A stretch of DNA of 64,000 nt from an uncultured delta proteobacterium (GCA_963845145.1 CAWJQU010000002.1:160001-224000), one strand, 5' to 3'. Positions 8,800 to 19,355 are shown, counted from the first letter of the stretch. A program made the numbers and translations. The notes: a model not told the origin generated them from the sequence alone.

Positions 8800-9828
8800 T
8801 CAAAACCATAATAGAATAACCGCCGCCAAGATAACAACAATGATCGACCACAGGGCCAGCGCCTTACGGGTCGCTTTTTTTGCCTTGTTGGCTTCCCACC
8901 AGGTCCGGGGCGAAACCCCCTGTATAAAAAAGGTGACCACTCCGGCAAAATTAATGCAAATAATGTTGGTCGCAAAGAGCAAAAAGGCCGACAGGGAATG
9001 GGCGGTATAGCCCGCCCCCAACAGCAGACCGCAAACGGTTAAAGGCGGCAACAGGGCGACCGCCACCATCACACCGATTAAAGCCGAGGAAAAACCCGTT
9101 GTAAAGGCAAGCACCCCGGCGGCCCCGGAAGCAATTGCCAGGATAAGATCCGAAAGGTCGATTCGTGTCCGGCCGGCAATTTCGGGCGTACCGGGATCGG
9201 TGCCCAGGATAAACCCCATGCCCACGGATAGTAAAAGGACGATCAAAATCCCAATAAGAAGGGTTCGCACCGCGCCAAATCCCAACTTGGCATCCGCTAG
9301 GGTTGTGGAAAGTGCCAGAGCCACATTGGGTCCAAGAAAAGGCGCAATCACCATGGCACCGATGATCACGGCAACATTGCTTTTTAACAAGCCAATGGCC
9401 GCCACAACCGTGGATAAAATCGTTAGCGCAATGTAGACGGAGGTCAACTCAGAGCTGTCGACGATATCTGCGTAAAGCTCTTCCCGGCTGATCCTTTTTG
9501 AGCCGATGCGGGCATTGGTGGTCGGTTTGTCTCTCTTTTTTTTGGGGTCCGGCGCCGTCTCGGGCTCAGCTGCCGGTGGTTCCAAACGCGGCACCGTTGC
9601 CTCAATCGTTAGGAGCACCAGCCGAAACCCTTCAACGTGCGAAAACGTCTTCTCAAATAGATCCATGACGGTTTCGCTTAAACCGGAATCCATCACAACA
9701 CTGGCCACAAATGACCCCTGGGCCGATTCTTCCTGCCAATAAGTCACCCCGTCCTGATCGCCCAAAAGCGTCAAGGCCTCGGTTCGATGGTTCACGGGTA
9801 AAATGATTTTTAGTAATCGTTGGGCCAC
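8800..9828 (-). CDS. TIGR00341/DUF389 family membrane protein
   Basis: RISREELY, AVIIGAMVIAPFLGP, GVMVAVALLPPL. Confidence 0.88.
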   Translation of the reverse strand: MAQRLLKIILPVNHRTEALTLLGDQDGVTYWQEESAQGSFVASVVMDSGLSETVMDLFEKTFSHVEGFRLVLLTIEATVPRLEPPAAEPETAPDPKKKRDKPTTNARIGSKRISREELYADIVDSSELTSVYIALTILSTVVAAIGLLKSNVAVIIGAMVIAPFLGPNVALALSTTLADAKLGFGAVRTLLIGILIVLLLSVGMGFILGTDPGTPEIAGRTRIDLSDLILAIASGAAGVLAFTTGFSSALIGVMVAVALLPPLTVCGLLLGAGYTAHSLSAFLLFATNIICINFAGVVTFFIQGVSPRTWWEANKAKKATRKALALWSIIVVILAAVILLWF

Positions 9829-10324
9829 GACAACAATCCATTAAAAAAATCGGTTAATTTAGTTCATAACATACTATCCTGACCATTGATTCCTCAAGCC
9901 TTAAATTGAACCCCAATATCTGGTCTATTTGGTCCATATCCATGCCCCTTCTAAAGCCCCCGAAAACCCTGCCGGGATGTTTTTTTACAAAGCTTGCATT
10001 TTACAAAGCCTACATTTAGATATTGGAGGTTTTGTTCTACCACTTCTATTTTTCCATCATTTTTAAAGATAGCGGCTTGACAATACAATCCTCCTCCACT
10101 ATCTGAGGTTTTAGTGTATGAGGTGGCTTGGACAGATTGCTATTTCATCGAACATACTATATATTGTTGTCCTGCTCGAGCAGGAGCACAATTCTATCAA
10201 CCAGGGCCTTTGGTTTGGCGGGGCCTTGATCGTGTCAGAAACATCCGGCACATCGATATCAATCTCGGCTGGCCGCACTCGGGAAGGTATCGGGGATGTT
10301 GCAACAATTCTAACAGGACGGATC

Positions 10325-10597
10325 ATGAAAGCGGAAAAAAGACGACGCAGACGTATAAAGGTTCCCGTGCCGGTTCTCGTGACCCACCACACCTTAGGTA
10401 GCGCTGAATTTGTCACCCTCGATATCAGCGATATCGGTTTATTTCTGAAAGCGCCATCGCATCAGTGCCCACCCATTGGCGACGAGATTACCCTACAGAT
10501 CAAAAGCGGCATTCTTGCTGACGGTGATGATCCTCAGCCGATCAGGGCACAAATTGTCCACGTTACGGAAAATGGCATGGGTGTCGAGTTTTTATAA
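10325..10597 (+). CDS. Stand-alone PilZ-domain protein
   Basis: From ATG 10325: EKRRRRR (RxxxR), DISDIG (DxSxxG), GMGVEF; the longer ORF-track start is unlikely. Confidence 0.85.
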   Translation: MKAEKRRRRRIKVPVPVLVTHHTLGSAEFVTLDISDIGLFLKAPSHQCPPIGDEITLQIKSGILADGDDPQPIRAQIVHVTENGMGVEFL

Positions 10598-10711
10598 ACT
10601 TGGGATCCACGGAAATGATATCCACATCGGAAATTTGTTAGACTGCTGGGCTCAGACAATCTGTTATGATGACGCATTGAATGAATTCAATAATTTAAGG
10701 AGCACAAAACA

Positions 10712-11638
10712 ATGAATAATCGATTGCGTACCACCTTCCTTTTGGCCGCTATGACGGTTTTTCTAGTGATTCTCGGTAACCTTCTGGGTGGGCGTCAGGG
10801 AATGATTATGGCATTGATCTTTGCCGCGGGAATGAATTTTTTCAGTTACTGGTTTTCCGATAAAATGGTTCTTAAAATGTATCGGGCCAGCGAAGCATCT
10901 GCAGCCGAGGCCCCCGAAATTTACAAGATCGTCCAGGAACTCACCCAGCGCGCTGGATTGCCCATGCCCAGGGTGTTCGTTATTCCCAAGGATGCACCCA
11001 ATGCCTTTGCTACCGGGAGAGACCCGGAACATGCCGTTGTGGCCGTCACCCAGGGGCTACTTAAAGTTATGGACAGAGACGAAATTACGGGCGTCCTGGC
11101 CCACGAACTGGCCCATGTTAAGAATCGGGACATTTTAATCGGCTCCATTGCCGCCACCCTGGCAGGGGCCATTATGATGATCGCCAACATGGGCCGTTTT
11201 GCGACCATGTTCGGTAATCGCGGCGGTGGCGGCCGGGGGGGTATGGGTGGTGCCGGTGCGCTGATCATGTCGATTCTGGCACCCTTCGGGGCCATGGTAA
11301 TCCAGATGGCTATCTCCCGCTCGAGGGAATACTTAGCCGATGCCACAGGCGCTCAATTCGCCGGAAAACCGGACGGATTGGCCCGGGCTTTGGAAAAACT
11401 GGGTGCCTATTCCCGACGGATCCCCATGGATGCCAGCCCCAGCACAGCCCATATGTTCATCGTCAACCCCCTTTCCGGTCGCAGCATGATGCGTTTGTTT
11501 TCCACCCATCCACCCCTGGAAGAGCGAATTGCGCGGCTACGGGGGATGCAGGGTGGATACCAGCCGCCCATGTCGTCCGATGACCATTCTGATGGGACCG
11601 ATCAGGCCCCCAGCGAGTGGGATCGGCTGTCGGGGTAA
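10712..11638 (+). CDS. htpX: Zinc metalloprotease HtpX (M48)
   Basis: PNAFATGRDP, HELAH, SRSREYLAD, FSTHPP. Confidence 0.95.
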   Translation: MNNRLRTTFLLAAMTVFLVILGNLLGGRQGMIMALIFAAGMNFFSYWFSDKMVLKMYRASEASAAEAPEIYKIVQELTQRAGLPMPRVFVIPKDAPNAFATGRDPEHAVVAVTQGLLKVMDRDEITGVLAHELAHVKNRDILIGSIAATLAGAIMMIANMGRFATMFGNRGGGGRGGMGGAGALIMSILAPFGAMVIQMAISRSREYLADATGAQFAGKPDGLARALEKLGAYSRRIPMDASPSTAHMFIVNPLSGRSMMRLFSTHPPLEERIARLRGMQGGYQPPMSSDDHSDGTDQAPSEWDRLSG

Positions 11639-11641
11639 ACC

Positions 11642-12412
11642 GTGCCGCTAATTCCCGCTCAAACGCTGTTCGACCGTTTTGATCCCCAAACGATTATTTG
11701 GTGCAGCTTGGCGGGATTGCTGTTCGGCAGTATATTTTTGACGGTTTTTCTTTTTCGTCGTTTGCGCTGGTATCTGCGCCGGCTGGTTAAAACGACCCGA
11801 AAACCGCCGGGGATTATCGCCGGTTTAAGAAACCTCCTGGCCGTTCTTTTGCTTATTGGCGGAAGCGGTATGCTGTTGTTTCTGGGGCTATTTTTTCAAA
11901 CCTACCACCGGTTTACCTTCGAGAAACCCGTGGCGGAAATCGTCACCCAACCGATGGAAAAAAACACCGGCTCATCGCCACCGGTCACCCAGGTAAAGTA
12001 TCGCTCGCTGCAAAACGGACGCGACCGCTATTTTTTTGTCAATGGTGACCAGTGGATGATCGAAGGGGATATTCTCAAATGGCAGCCCTGGCTTACGCCG
12101 CTGGGGCTGGATACCCGATATCGCCTGACCCGGATCTCCGGCCGATACCTCGATATCAAAAAAGAACGGTCCGCACCCCGGTCCGTTTTTTCATTGGCAA
12201 ACAATTCGACCGCGACCACCGAACACCACCCGCTGTGGGGGTGGTTGTACCGCTCCGGGCATAAACTGCCCTTGGTGGACAGTGTTTACGGAAATGCTGC
12301 CTATCAAAATTTAACAGGCCCCAACCACTATCAGGTTTTCGTGGGACCATCGGGTTTTATCGTCCGCAAAAAGGAAAAGGGAGAAAACCTTGGCGTCAAA
12401 AATACCCCATAA
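11642..12412 (+). CDS. Hypothetical membrane protein
   Basis: Two N-terminal TM segments plus soluble domain; operon spacing with htpX. Confidence 0.7.
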   Translation: MPLIPAQTLFDRFDPQTIIWCSLAGLLFGSIFLTVFLFRRLRWYLRRLVKTTRKPPGIIAGLRNLLAVLLLIGGSGMLLFLGLFFQTYHRFTFEKPVAEIVTQPMEKNTGSSPPVTQVKYRSLQNGRDRYFFVNGDQWMIEGDILKWQPWLTPLGLDTRYRLTRISGRYLDIKKERSAPRSVFSLANNSTATTEHHPLWGWLYRSGHKLPLVDSVYGNAAYQNLTGPNHYQVFVGPSGFIVRKKEKGENLGVKNTP

Positions 12413-12845
12413 TTCGAAAACCCCCATGGACCCTGCCATCCGACGGGCTATCTTTAAGGCCGTTGAAACCGAGCCTTACGCCCAAGCCCTGAACATTGAA
12501 CTATTAGAATTGGAACGGGGCTATTCAAAAGTCGCCATGACCTATGATCCAATTAATATGGACAATATCTACAGCCGAGCCCACGGCGGGGCCATATTCG
12601 GCCTCATCGACGAAGCCTTTGAAACCGCCGGTCAGACCGATGGCACCATTGCTGTGGCCCTAAATGTCAACGTCACCTACGTCGCCAGCCCTGAGCCCGG
12701 AAACTACCTCACGGCTGAAGCCCACCGGATTAGCCAAACCCGTAAAACCGCCAGTTACGATATTCGCGTCACTACCGGTGAAGACCTTGTCGCCACCTGC
12801 CAGGCTCTGGCCTATCGAACCGGAAAGCCAATTCCGTTTTTATAA
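12390..12845 (+). CDS. PaaI-like hotdog-fold thioesterase
   Basis: N...AHGGAIFGLIDEAF; true start may be ATG at about 12426. Confidence 0.9.
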   Translation: MASKIPHNSKTPMDPAIRRAIFKAVETEPYAQALNIELLELERGYSKVAMTYDPINMDNIYSRAHGGAIFGLIDEAFETAGQTDGTIAVALNVNVTYVASPEPGNYLTAEAHRISQTRKTASYDIRVTTGEDLVATCQALAYRTGKPIPFL

Positions 12846-12971
12846 TAAAAGGTTTGGTTGAGAGAACCAAGGCCGGCCTCTTGCCCATCTGTTCATGCCC
12901 GGCGGCCGGATTAAAGCCGTTCCATACAACCTCACCTCGGAAAGCATTGATCCATAAAAGGTCTTATGGGT

Positions 12972-13577
12972 TCAATCAGGTTTAAATTCTTCGATCATCT
13001 TACCCTTCTCAATATAGCTCGAAATATCATCTAACGCGTTTTTATAGGCCGCCATCACCGCTTTGAGATTGTTTACAATCGGGTCTACCCTGTTGAGTGC
13101 CTTTTCCGCTTTAGTCAATAAGGTTTTGCCTCTATTAAAATGATCTGAAATTTCAACCAATAGTTCTTTGCGTTTCTTATGGTTCTTACGTTCATTGGCG
13201 ATAATGGGCAATAGTTGTCGCACGGAATATTCCACCAGCGTATCCCTGGACGTATTATGGTTTTTGGAAATCTTATTTAAATAGGACAACGATCGGCGAT
13301 TGATGACAAAGGATTTCTGAACACGATCTTCTCGATTAAATTCCATGTTTGCCAGTTCATGGGCCATTTCTTTCAAGGTCTGAACATCTTCCAATAAATG
13401 GTCAAAAATCGATTTTTGTTTAATCCCCAGATGGGCCGAAAGAATACGGATTGTATCTATACACTCTTCCGAAAGCCGAAAGGTAGCCCGCACTGATTGA
13501 TGTCCCCTCAGGCCTCTTGTTGATGGCGTGGATACAAAATCTTTCTTGATTAACCTTTTTTCTTTTATGTTTTCCAT
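12972..13577 (-). CDS. Hypothetical protein with two ribbon-helix-helix-like repeats
   Basis: SVRATFRLSEECIDTI..LS..LGIKQKSIFDH and RVQKSFVINRRSLSYL..IS...NTSRDTLVE; RBS AAGGAG. Confidence 0.65.
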   Translation of the reverse strand: MENIKEKRLIKKDFVSTPSTRGLRGHQSVRATFRLSEECIDTIRILSAHLGIKQKSIFDHLLEDVQTLKEMAHELANMEFNREDRVQKSFVINRRSLSYLNKISKNHNTSRDTLVEYSVRQLLPIIANERKNHKKRKELLVEISDHFNRGKTLLTKAEKALNRVDPIVNNLKAVMAAYKNALDDISSYIEKGKMIEEFKPD

Positions 13578-13781
13578 TACTTAACTCCCTTTTCAAAAGA
13601 CCGTTTTCGTATTACTCGAATATAAATAAATATTTTAAGTAATGCAACATTTTTTTATATTTTTTATCTTGACAACTAAATATTAATTTTTATCATATAT
13701 TCAAAATTGATTAATTTCATAAAGGTAAGTGGGTTTGTTTAGCCTGGAATCAAAAACCATTAATAAGATGGAGGTGCTAAA

Positions 13782-14240
13782 ATGATTTATCGCAGAATGT
13801 TTGAATTTCCTTCATTTAGACTCAAAAGTCCCTTTGAAGAGTTAGAGCGCATACGGCAACAATTGGACCGGTTATCTGAAACTGCCACGTCTCCTTATTC
13901 ATCCCCACAAGCCGGTGTATTTCCGCTGGTCAATCTAACCGAAGATAAGAACAACTATTATGTTCGGGCCGAATTACCGGGAGTGAAGGCAGATGGGCTC
14001 GATATTCAGGCCGCCGCCAAAAGTATCGCAATTTCGGGTGAAAGAAAGATCGAAGCTGAAGAAGAAGGGACGCGGTATCATCGAAAGGAACGCGAGGCGG
14101 GGAAATTTTCCAGAATGATCAGCCTTCCCGATGATGTCGACCCCGATAAAGTGGAAGCCAAACTGGTAGATGGTATCCTGACCATTGTGGTTTCCAAGGC
14201 GGAGGCTACCAAGCCGAAACAAATTACGGTAAAATCATAA
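13782..14240 (+). CDS. Hsp20/alpha-crystallin small heat-shock protein
   Basis: PLVNL.E, AELPG, ER..GKFSR, A.L.DGIL; upstream TTGACA...TATCAT promoter at about 13669-13696. Confidence 0.95.
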   Translation: MIYRRMFEFPSFRLKSPFEELERIRQQLDRLSETATSPYSSPQAGVFPLVNLTEDKNNYYVRAELPGVKADGLDIQAAAKSIAISGERKIEAEEEGTRYHRKEREAGKFSRMISLPDDVDPDKVEAKLVDGILTIVVSKAEATKPKQITVKS

Positions 14241-14273
14241 GTAAAAAAACGGTGGCAAAGGAGGGACCTAACC

Positions 14274-14684
14274 ATGGCTGTCGAACAAAGCAAAGAACTC
14301 AAGGTAAGAGAAAAGCAGGAGGTAGCCACTCCGGCAGAACAGACCGTTCCGGGGTTGGTTTTTACGCCTGCAGTCGATATATTTGAAACGGAGAAAGAAA
14401 TCACGCTACTTGCCGATATGCCGGGAGTCAAAGCCGACGACCTGAACATTGACCTGCGCGACAACACCCTGACCCTGACGACGGGGGTAGTGCCGGCTAT
14501 GTTAGATAAAGAGGAAATCGTTTTACTGGAGTATGAAACCGGCAGATACTATCGCCAATTCACCCTTGGCGAGTTGGTTGACCAGGACGGCATTGATGCC
14601 AAACTGGCCGATGGTGTATTGCGATTGGCGCTACCCAAGGTAAAAAAGGCAACACCGAAAAAGATTGTCGTCAATGCCGGTTAA
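14274..14684 (+). CDS. Hsp20/alpha-crystallin small heat-shock protein
   Basis: PAVDIFET, ADMPGV, Y.RQF.L, AKLADGVL.L.LPK. Confidence 0.95.
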   Translation: MAVEQSKELKVREKQEVATPAEQTVPGLVFTPAVDIFETEKEITLLADMPGVKADDLNIDLRDNTLTLTTGVVPAMLDKEEIVLLEYETGRYYRQFTLGELVDQDGIDAKLADGVLRLALPKVKKATPKKIVVNAG

Positions 14685-14836
14685 GCAAACCAAGGGGCCG
14701 GAAGCTATGAGCTGAAAAATGGTGCGGGGTTCCGGCTCCATTCCCCAATGATAATAACCGTTTCTATGCAAAATTGTTCAGCCATCCACATCATTTAAAT
14801 ATTCCCACTCGAAACTTTAAAATCGGGGCGATTCCG

Positions 14837-15153
14837 TTAGTTCATATTCACCCTCTTCTGAGTCCGTGTGAATCGGCCCCGATATTCCCTTGGTGACAAA
14901 CCGGTATATTTCTTAAACAGCCGCCGGAACGAGTTGCTGTCTTGTGTATCCCACTTGCCAGGTAATTTCATCCACCTTCTCCATAGTCGTTTCCAACTGC
15001 TGCTTGGCGACTTCTATGCGAATCCGTTGAAGATAGGTTATCGGTGAATCGCCTGTTGCACTTTTAAATCTGAGTATGAAATGGCGTGGGCTGATGCCAA
15101 GGTCTGATCGCTAACGCCTCTACAGAAATGTTTTCGGTGAATTTTTCCTCCAT
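14837..15153 (-). pseudogene. Relic of a GlxA-type AraC regulator (C-terminal HTH only, frameshifted)
   Basis: Manual translation: MEKKFTENISVEALA / LGISPRHFILRFKSATGDSPITYLQRIRIEVAKQQLE...ITWQVGY / DSNSFRRLFKKYTGLSPREYR; no N-terminal DJ-1 domain. Confidence 0.8.
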
Positions 15154-15228
15154 ATGTGCCTCTTTCCTTTTCTCGTATCAACAGATAAAGTAATTACATC
15201 ATCCCCCATATTTATAAGGAGGCAAAAA

Positions 15229-17478
15229 ATGGGAGAATGGCATAAAACAGGATGTGTGCTGTGCGCACAAAACTGCGGTCTTGAAATTCTGGTGGAAAAC
15301 GACCGCATGGTTAAAGTGAAACCGGATAAATCAAACCCGAGAAGCCAGGGTTATGCCTGCCGAAAGGGTCTGAATGTGATTCATCACCAGTATCCCAAAG
15401 ACCGAATCACCGAACCCTTAAAACGGGTGGGGGATAAATTCGAACCCATTTCCTGGGAACAGGCTATTGATGAAATCACCACAAAAATGAAAGGCCTGGT
15501 GGAAGAACATGGTCCGCGATCTCTTGCCTATATGGGTGCCAGCGCCCAGGGCGGACATTTTGAAGGGGCATTCGGCCTGTCGATCTTAAAAGCCATGGGC
15601 TCCCAGAATTTTTACAACTCCGGCGGCCAGGAATTTTCCAGCAGCTGGTGGCTGTTCGGACGCATGCTGGGCAAGCAGTATAATGTGGCTATTCCGGATG
15701 AGCATCATACTGAAATGCTTGTGGGTTGGGGTTGGAACGGCATGGAAAGCCACCAGATGCCCCGTGCGCCGAAAGTGCTGAAAGAATTTTCAAAAGATCC
15801 TGAAAAACTGCTTGTTATCATTGATCCGCGAAAAAGTGAAACCGCAAGCATCGCCAATATCCATCTCCCTGTCCGGCCCGGCACGGATGCCCTTTTAATT
15901 AAAGCCATGATTTCCATAATTATCGACAATCAATGGGAAAATAAAGAATACATTGCCGAACATGTTGAGGGCTGGGATACCATCCGCCCCTGGTTTGAAA
16001 ATTTTGATGCTAAAAGCAGCCATTGAGGTTTGCGAACTCGACTATGACCAGGTCCTTGAATTATGCCGTCTGATGACCACCAAAAGATGGTGCATGCATC
16101 CGGATCTTGGGATTTATATGGGACGAAAAAGCGTCATGAATTCCTATATGATGAATATTCTGGGCGCGATTTGCGGTGTTTTCTGCGTGCCCGGCGGCAA
16201 TGTTATTCCGGGAATGGTTGTACCCATGGGATATCATGCGGATGAACGGGATCCAAAAATCTGGAAAACGGTTATCACCAATATGCCGCCGGCATCTGCC
16301 GGGTCTTTTCCGCCGGCTGTCATGCCGGAAGAAATCTTAAATGATCACCCGGAACGGCTGCGCGCCGTTTATGTCAGTGCCTGCAATCCGTTGCGCGCAT
16401 ATCCGGACACCACGGCGTATGAAGAAGCATTTTCAAAACTGGATCTTCTGGTGGTCAATGATATTGTCATGAGTGAAACCGCCCGCCTGGCCCATTATGT
16501 GCTGCCCTGCCGAACATATTACGAATCCTGGGATGGGACGTTTTTTCCATGGACATTTCCCAAAGTCTTTTTCCAGATGCGTCGTCCCGATTGTTTCCCC
16601 GCCGGGAAAATGCCTGGAAGCATCCCAGATTTTCACCCTCATGGCGGACAAACTGGGACTGATCCCGGAAATTCCGGAAGAGGTTTATGAAGCGGCAAAA
16701 CAAGACCGTTTTACCTTTGGCGCAAAACTCATGGAGTGGGCCGCAACCGTACCCGAATCTCTTGCTGCCATGCCGTTTGTTCTGGCAAAAACCATTGGAA
16801 AAGAATGGGACAGCGCGGCACTGGCCGGTCTTTGGGGGGTTTTGATGACCGCTCCCAAGTCGTTTCGAAAAAATGCCGCCCGCATCGGATTTGAACCCGG
16901 CATGGACCAGGGCGACAGAATTTTCCAGGCGCTGTTGGATACCCCGGAAGGGATCTGGATCGGTGAAGTGGATCCGGAAGAAAATTTCAAGGCCATTAAA
17001 ACCCCGTCCGGTAAAATTGAAGTCTTTGTCCCGGAACTTGAAGAAGATGCAAAAAACCTGGATGCCGACAAGTGAAGCCAAAGACCTGAAACTGCCGGAT
17101 GAATTTCCATTGATCTTAAATGCCGGCCGCCATACGCGTTATAACATCAATACATTGATACGCGGCCAGGAATGGAACAAGGGCAAACGGGCCTGCACGG
17201 TTTCTGTAAATCCTGCGGATGCCGAGGCAATGGGTTTGACTGATGGCCAAAATGTAAAAGTAACCACCGAAGCCGGCAGTGAAGTGGGTGAACTTCAGGT
17301 ATCGGAACAGATCCGAAAAGGAACGGTACTGATTCCCCACGGATTTGGATTGATTTATGGCGGCACGGTTTACGGCTTAAATGTCAATAAACTGACCAAA
17401 AACACCCACCGGGATCCGCTGGGCACACCCATGCACCGGTTTATACCATGTCGGGTCGAGGATGAATCGGCGCCTTGA
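15229..17478 (+). CDS. Cytoplasmic molybdopterin-dependent oxidoreductase (DMSO reductase family), split by three frameshifts (about 16015, 16590, 17070)
   Basis: CVLCAQNC...C [4Fe-4S] motif, PGTDALL, SETARLAHYVLP, C-terminal VNPADAEAMGL.DG...IPHGFG across four overlapping ORFs; no Tat signal. Confidence 0.88.
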
Positions 17479-17692
17479 CCTGACCACCGAAATCAATGAC
17501 AAAAAATTAGTACCATTTTAGAATCGCCATAATCTGGCAATGTATCCTATATGGGATGGTCGAACGGGTGAAGGCATGGTTGCTTCGAGGCGCGTAACTG
17601 ATTCATAACGGTTAGGGCTATTGTCTGTCATTCTAAAGTCATTGGTTTGTCCCAATGGTTATCGAATCCCTGAGCCCATTCAAGAAGTAGGC

Positions 17693-17754
17693 TCCGAACA
17701 ACAAGTTCACTTGACGGGAACCCAACCCGGTCAATGTGAAACGACAGGTTCGAA
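17693..17754 (-). mobile_element. Integron attC-like recombination site closing the brnTA cassette
   Basis: Minus strand, 2 nt after the brnA stop: TTCGAAC-ctgtc-GTTTCACATTGACCGGG-loop-CCCGTCAAGTGAAC-ttgtt-GTTCGGA; imperfect palindrome with unpaired extra bases in the left arm and 5-nt spacers. Confidence 0.72.
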
Positions 17755-17756
17755 TA

Positions 17757-17987
17757 CTATGCGGCAGTGGATTTATTTAATCTTTCGGCAAGCCAAACCT
17801 TGATAATGGATTGCCGAGGGACGCCGAGGCGTTTCGCTTCTTTATCTAAAGATTGAATCATCCAAAGAGGAAAATCGACATTAACCCGTTTTTGCTCCTG
17901 GTTCGGCCGTCTTGCCTTTGAGAGATCCAGATGTTCTTTGATACTTTTCCCTTCATTAAATTTTTTATCTAATTCTTTAGCTTTCAT
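17757..17987 (-). CDS. brnA: BrnA/CopG-family antitoxin
   Basis: MKAKELDKKF...LDLSKARRP...RVNVDFPLWMIQSLDKEAKRLGVPRQSIIKVWLAERL. Confidence 0.88.
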   Translation of the reverse strand: MKAKELDKKFNEGKSIKEHLDLSKARRPNQEQKRVNVDFPLWMIQSLDKEAKRLGVPRQSIIKVWLAERLNKSTAA

Positions 17988-18237
17988 AAAGTTCAATCTC
18001 CTCATTTCGGGCACGCCGTATTGAGATAATTCGAATGCTATCATTGCGATATGTAATGATCCCAGTCCAGTGCTTTTCGCCTATCTTGCCAATGACTAAA
18101 AACCTTAATTCATCGGTTGTTTTTGCTGGTATCTCTAAATAATCAAAATCATTCCAAAGCTCCTGCGCCTCAATAAAATTGAGACCATGTTTGGCTTTGT
18201 TAGTATCCGATTTTTTGGGATCAAATTCAAATTTCAT
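17977..18237 (-). CDS. brnT: BrnT-family toxin
   Basis: MKFEFDPKKS..NK.KHG..F...IRIISIRRAR.EE. Confidence 0.92.
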   Translation of the reverse strand: MKFEFDPKKSDTNKAKHGLNFIEAQELWNDFDYLEIPAKTTDELRFLVIGKIGEKHWTGIITYRNDSIRIISIRRARNEEIELYES

Positions 18238-18485
18238 GGTATATTAAATATACCTATTGTGTATATTATGTCAACCTATTTGATGAATTATAAGGGGGCC
18301 GAACATTTATAATAAGGATCAACATCGTTATCGTTGTTACCGTTTTCGGGATGGTCCCATTCCCGGTACGATAAGCAGAGACAAGGGAAAGAGGCATATC
18401 TAAAATATCTGACAGCCTCATGTTTGATAGTTTAAAGACTTTTTGCAGTCCTTTAAATACCTCTGCATCCATGCATAATGTGGGT

Positions 18486-18791
18486 CTATAGAAGGAATCG
18501 ATACTGACGCGCGCCATGAATGATCCGTCGAATTTGGCCTGTTTTCGGCTTCACGACATAGAAGACAAGATACTTACCAATAACCAACATACGATAACCC
18601 AGGCGTCGCAAACGGTCATCCCGGGGAACAACGCCGATTTCCGGATGATGTGAGAGCGAAGCGATCGTCTTATCAAACGTCTCAAGAAGTGCCGCGGCAG
18701 CACCCGGATTATCTTTCAAAACATAATCGAAAATCTCGTGCAAATCTTTTTCAGCCGTCGGTAGATATCGGACTTCAATGGTCGGTGTCAT
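18486..18791 (-). CDS. RelE/ParE-family toxin
   Basis: A..DL.EI.DY...DNP.AA, GYR.LV...YLVFY, RIIHGAR. Confidence 0.9.
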   Translation of the reverse strand: MTPTIEVRYLPTAEKDLHEIFDYVLKDNPGAAAALLETFDKTIASLSHHPEIGVVPRDDRLRRLGYRMLVIGKYLVFYVVKPKTGQIRRIIHGARQYRFLL

Positions 18792-19051
18792 CTGATTTTC
18801 ATCTTAAGCTGTTCCATCAACGACTGATGCAAAACACCTTTTTCCCCCATCGCATCCAAATGCTCCGCCTCGGCAAGTTTTTGATACAGTTCTAGGAGAC
18901 TTTCCATACGTTCAAAATGGGCCTGGCTCATCACTACCATATCGCCTTTGCCGTTACGCGTAATGAAAACAGGCTGCCCTTCTTCGTGACAGAGCTTCGA
19001 AATTTCAACAGCTTTGTTCCTCAAATCAGATATGGGTCTGATGACCGGCAT
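18788..19051 (-). CDS. Phd/YefM-family antitoxin
   Basis: MPVIRPISDLRN...PVFITRNGKGDMVVMS; RBS AAGGAGG before ATG 19051. Confidence 0.9.
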   Translation of the reverse strand: MPVIRPISDLRNKAVEISKLCHEEGQPVFITRNGKGDMVVMSQAHFERMESLLELYQKLAEAEHLDAMGEKGVLHQSLMEQLKMKIR

Positions 19052-19227
19052 GACGCCCTCCTTATCATAATATGACCCATATTTTATCATAATATTGATA
19101 TTTGTCAACGATTGTTAAGACAGTGTATTGCTTGGTTATTAAGCGGTTTAAGATTCCGGCCTCAATTATCCCCCACGCCAAATTTGATGAAATCCTATAA
19201 AGTCCCAAAAAAGGAATGGCAAAGAAA

Positions 19228-19355
19228 TCCGCCTTGACGGACAAGTTCAAGGCGTCGCGAATCCGGTGTGATGAGGCGTACTTATCGTACGCCGCAATCA
19301 CGACGGGATGAAGCGCAACGCAGTCCGCCACAGGTAGATTACGAAGCCATCAAAT
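19228..19355. repeat. Degenerate intergenic structured repeat (MITE/REP-like)
   Basis: TCAAGGCG...TGAGGCGTACttatcGTACGCCGCA...GCGCAACGCAG...TTACGAAGCCATCAAA with internal hairpin; resembles a dispersed repeat I recall from Desulfobacterales genomes (unverified). Confidence 0.55.

Noticed and set aside
9984..10015. 16-bp direct repeat TTTACAAAGC(T/C)T(G/A)CAT x2
   Set aside because: Only two copies and no assignable regulator; could be an operator or a simple duplication
13655..13673. 19-mer TTATATTTTTTATCTTGAC also present at 54905-54923
   Set aside because: Low-complexity AT tract plus a -35-like hexamer; plausible by chance or convergence
15953..17075. Programmed frameshifting or a multi-subunit molybdoenzyme
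   Set aside because: Breaks fall mid-domain with no RBS or consistent slippery motif, and similar indels occur throughout the window
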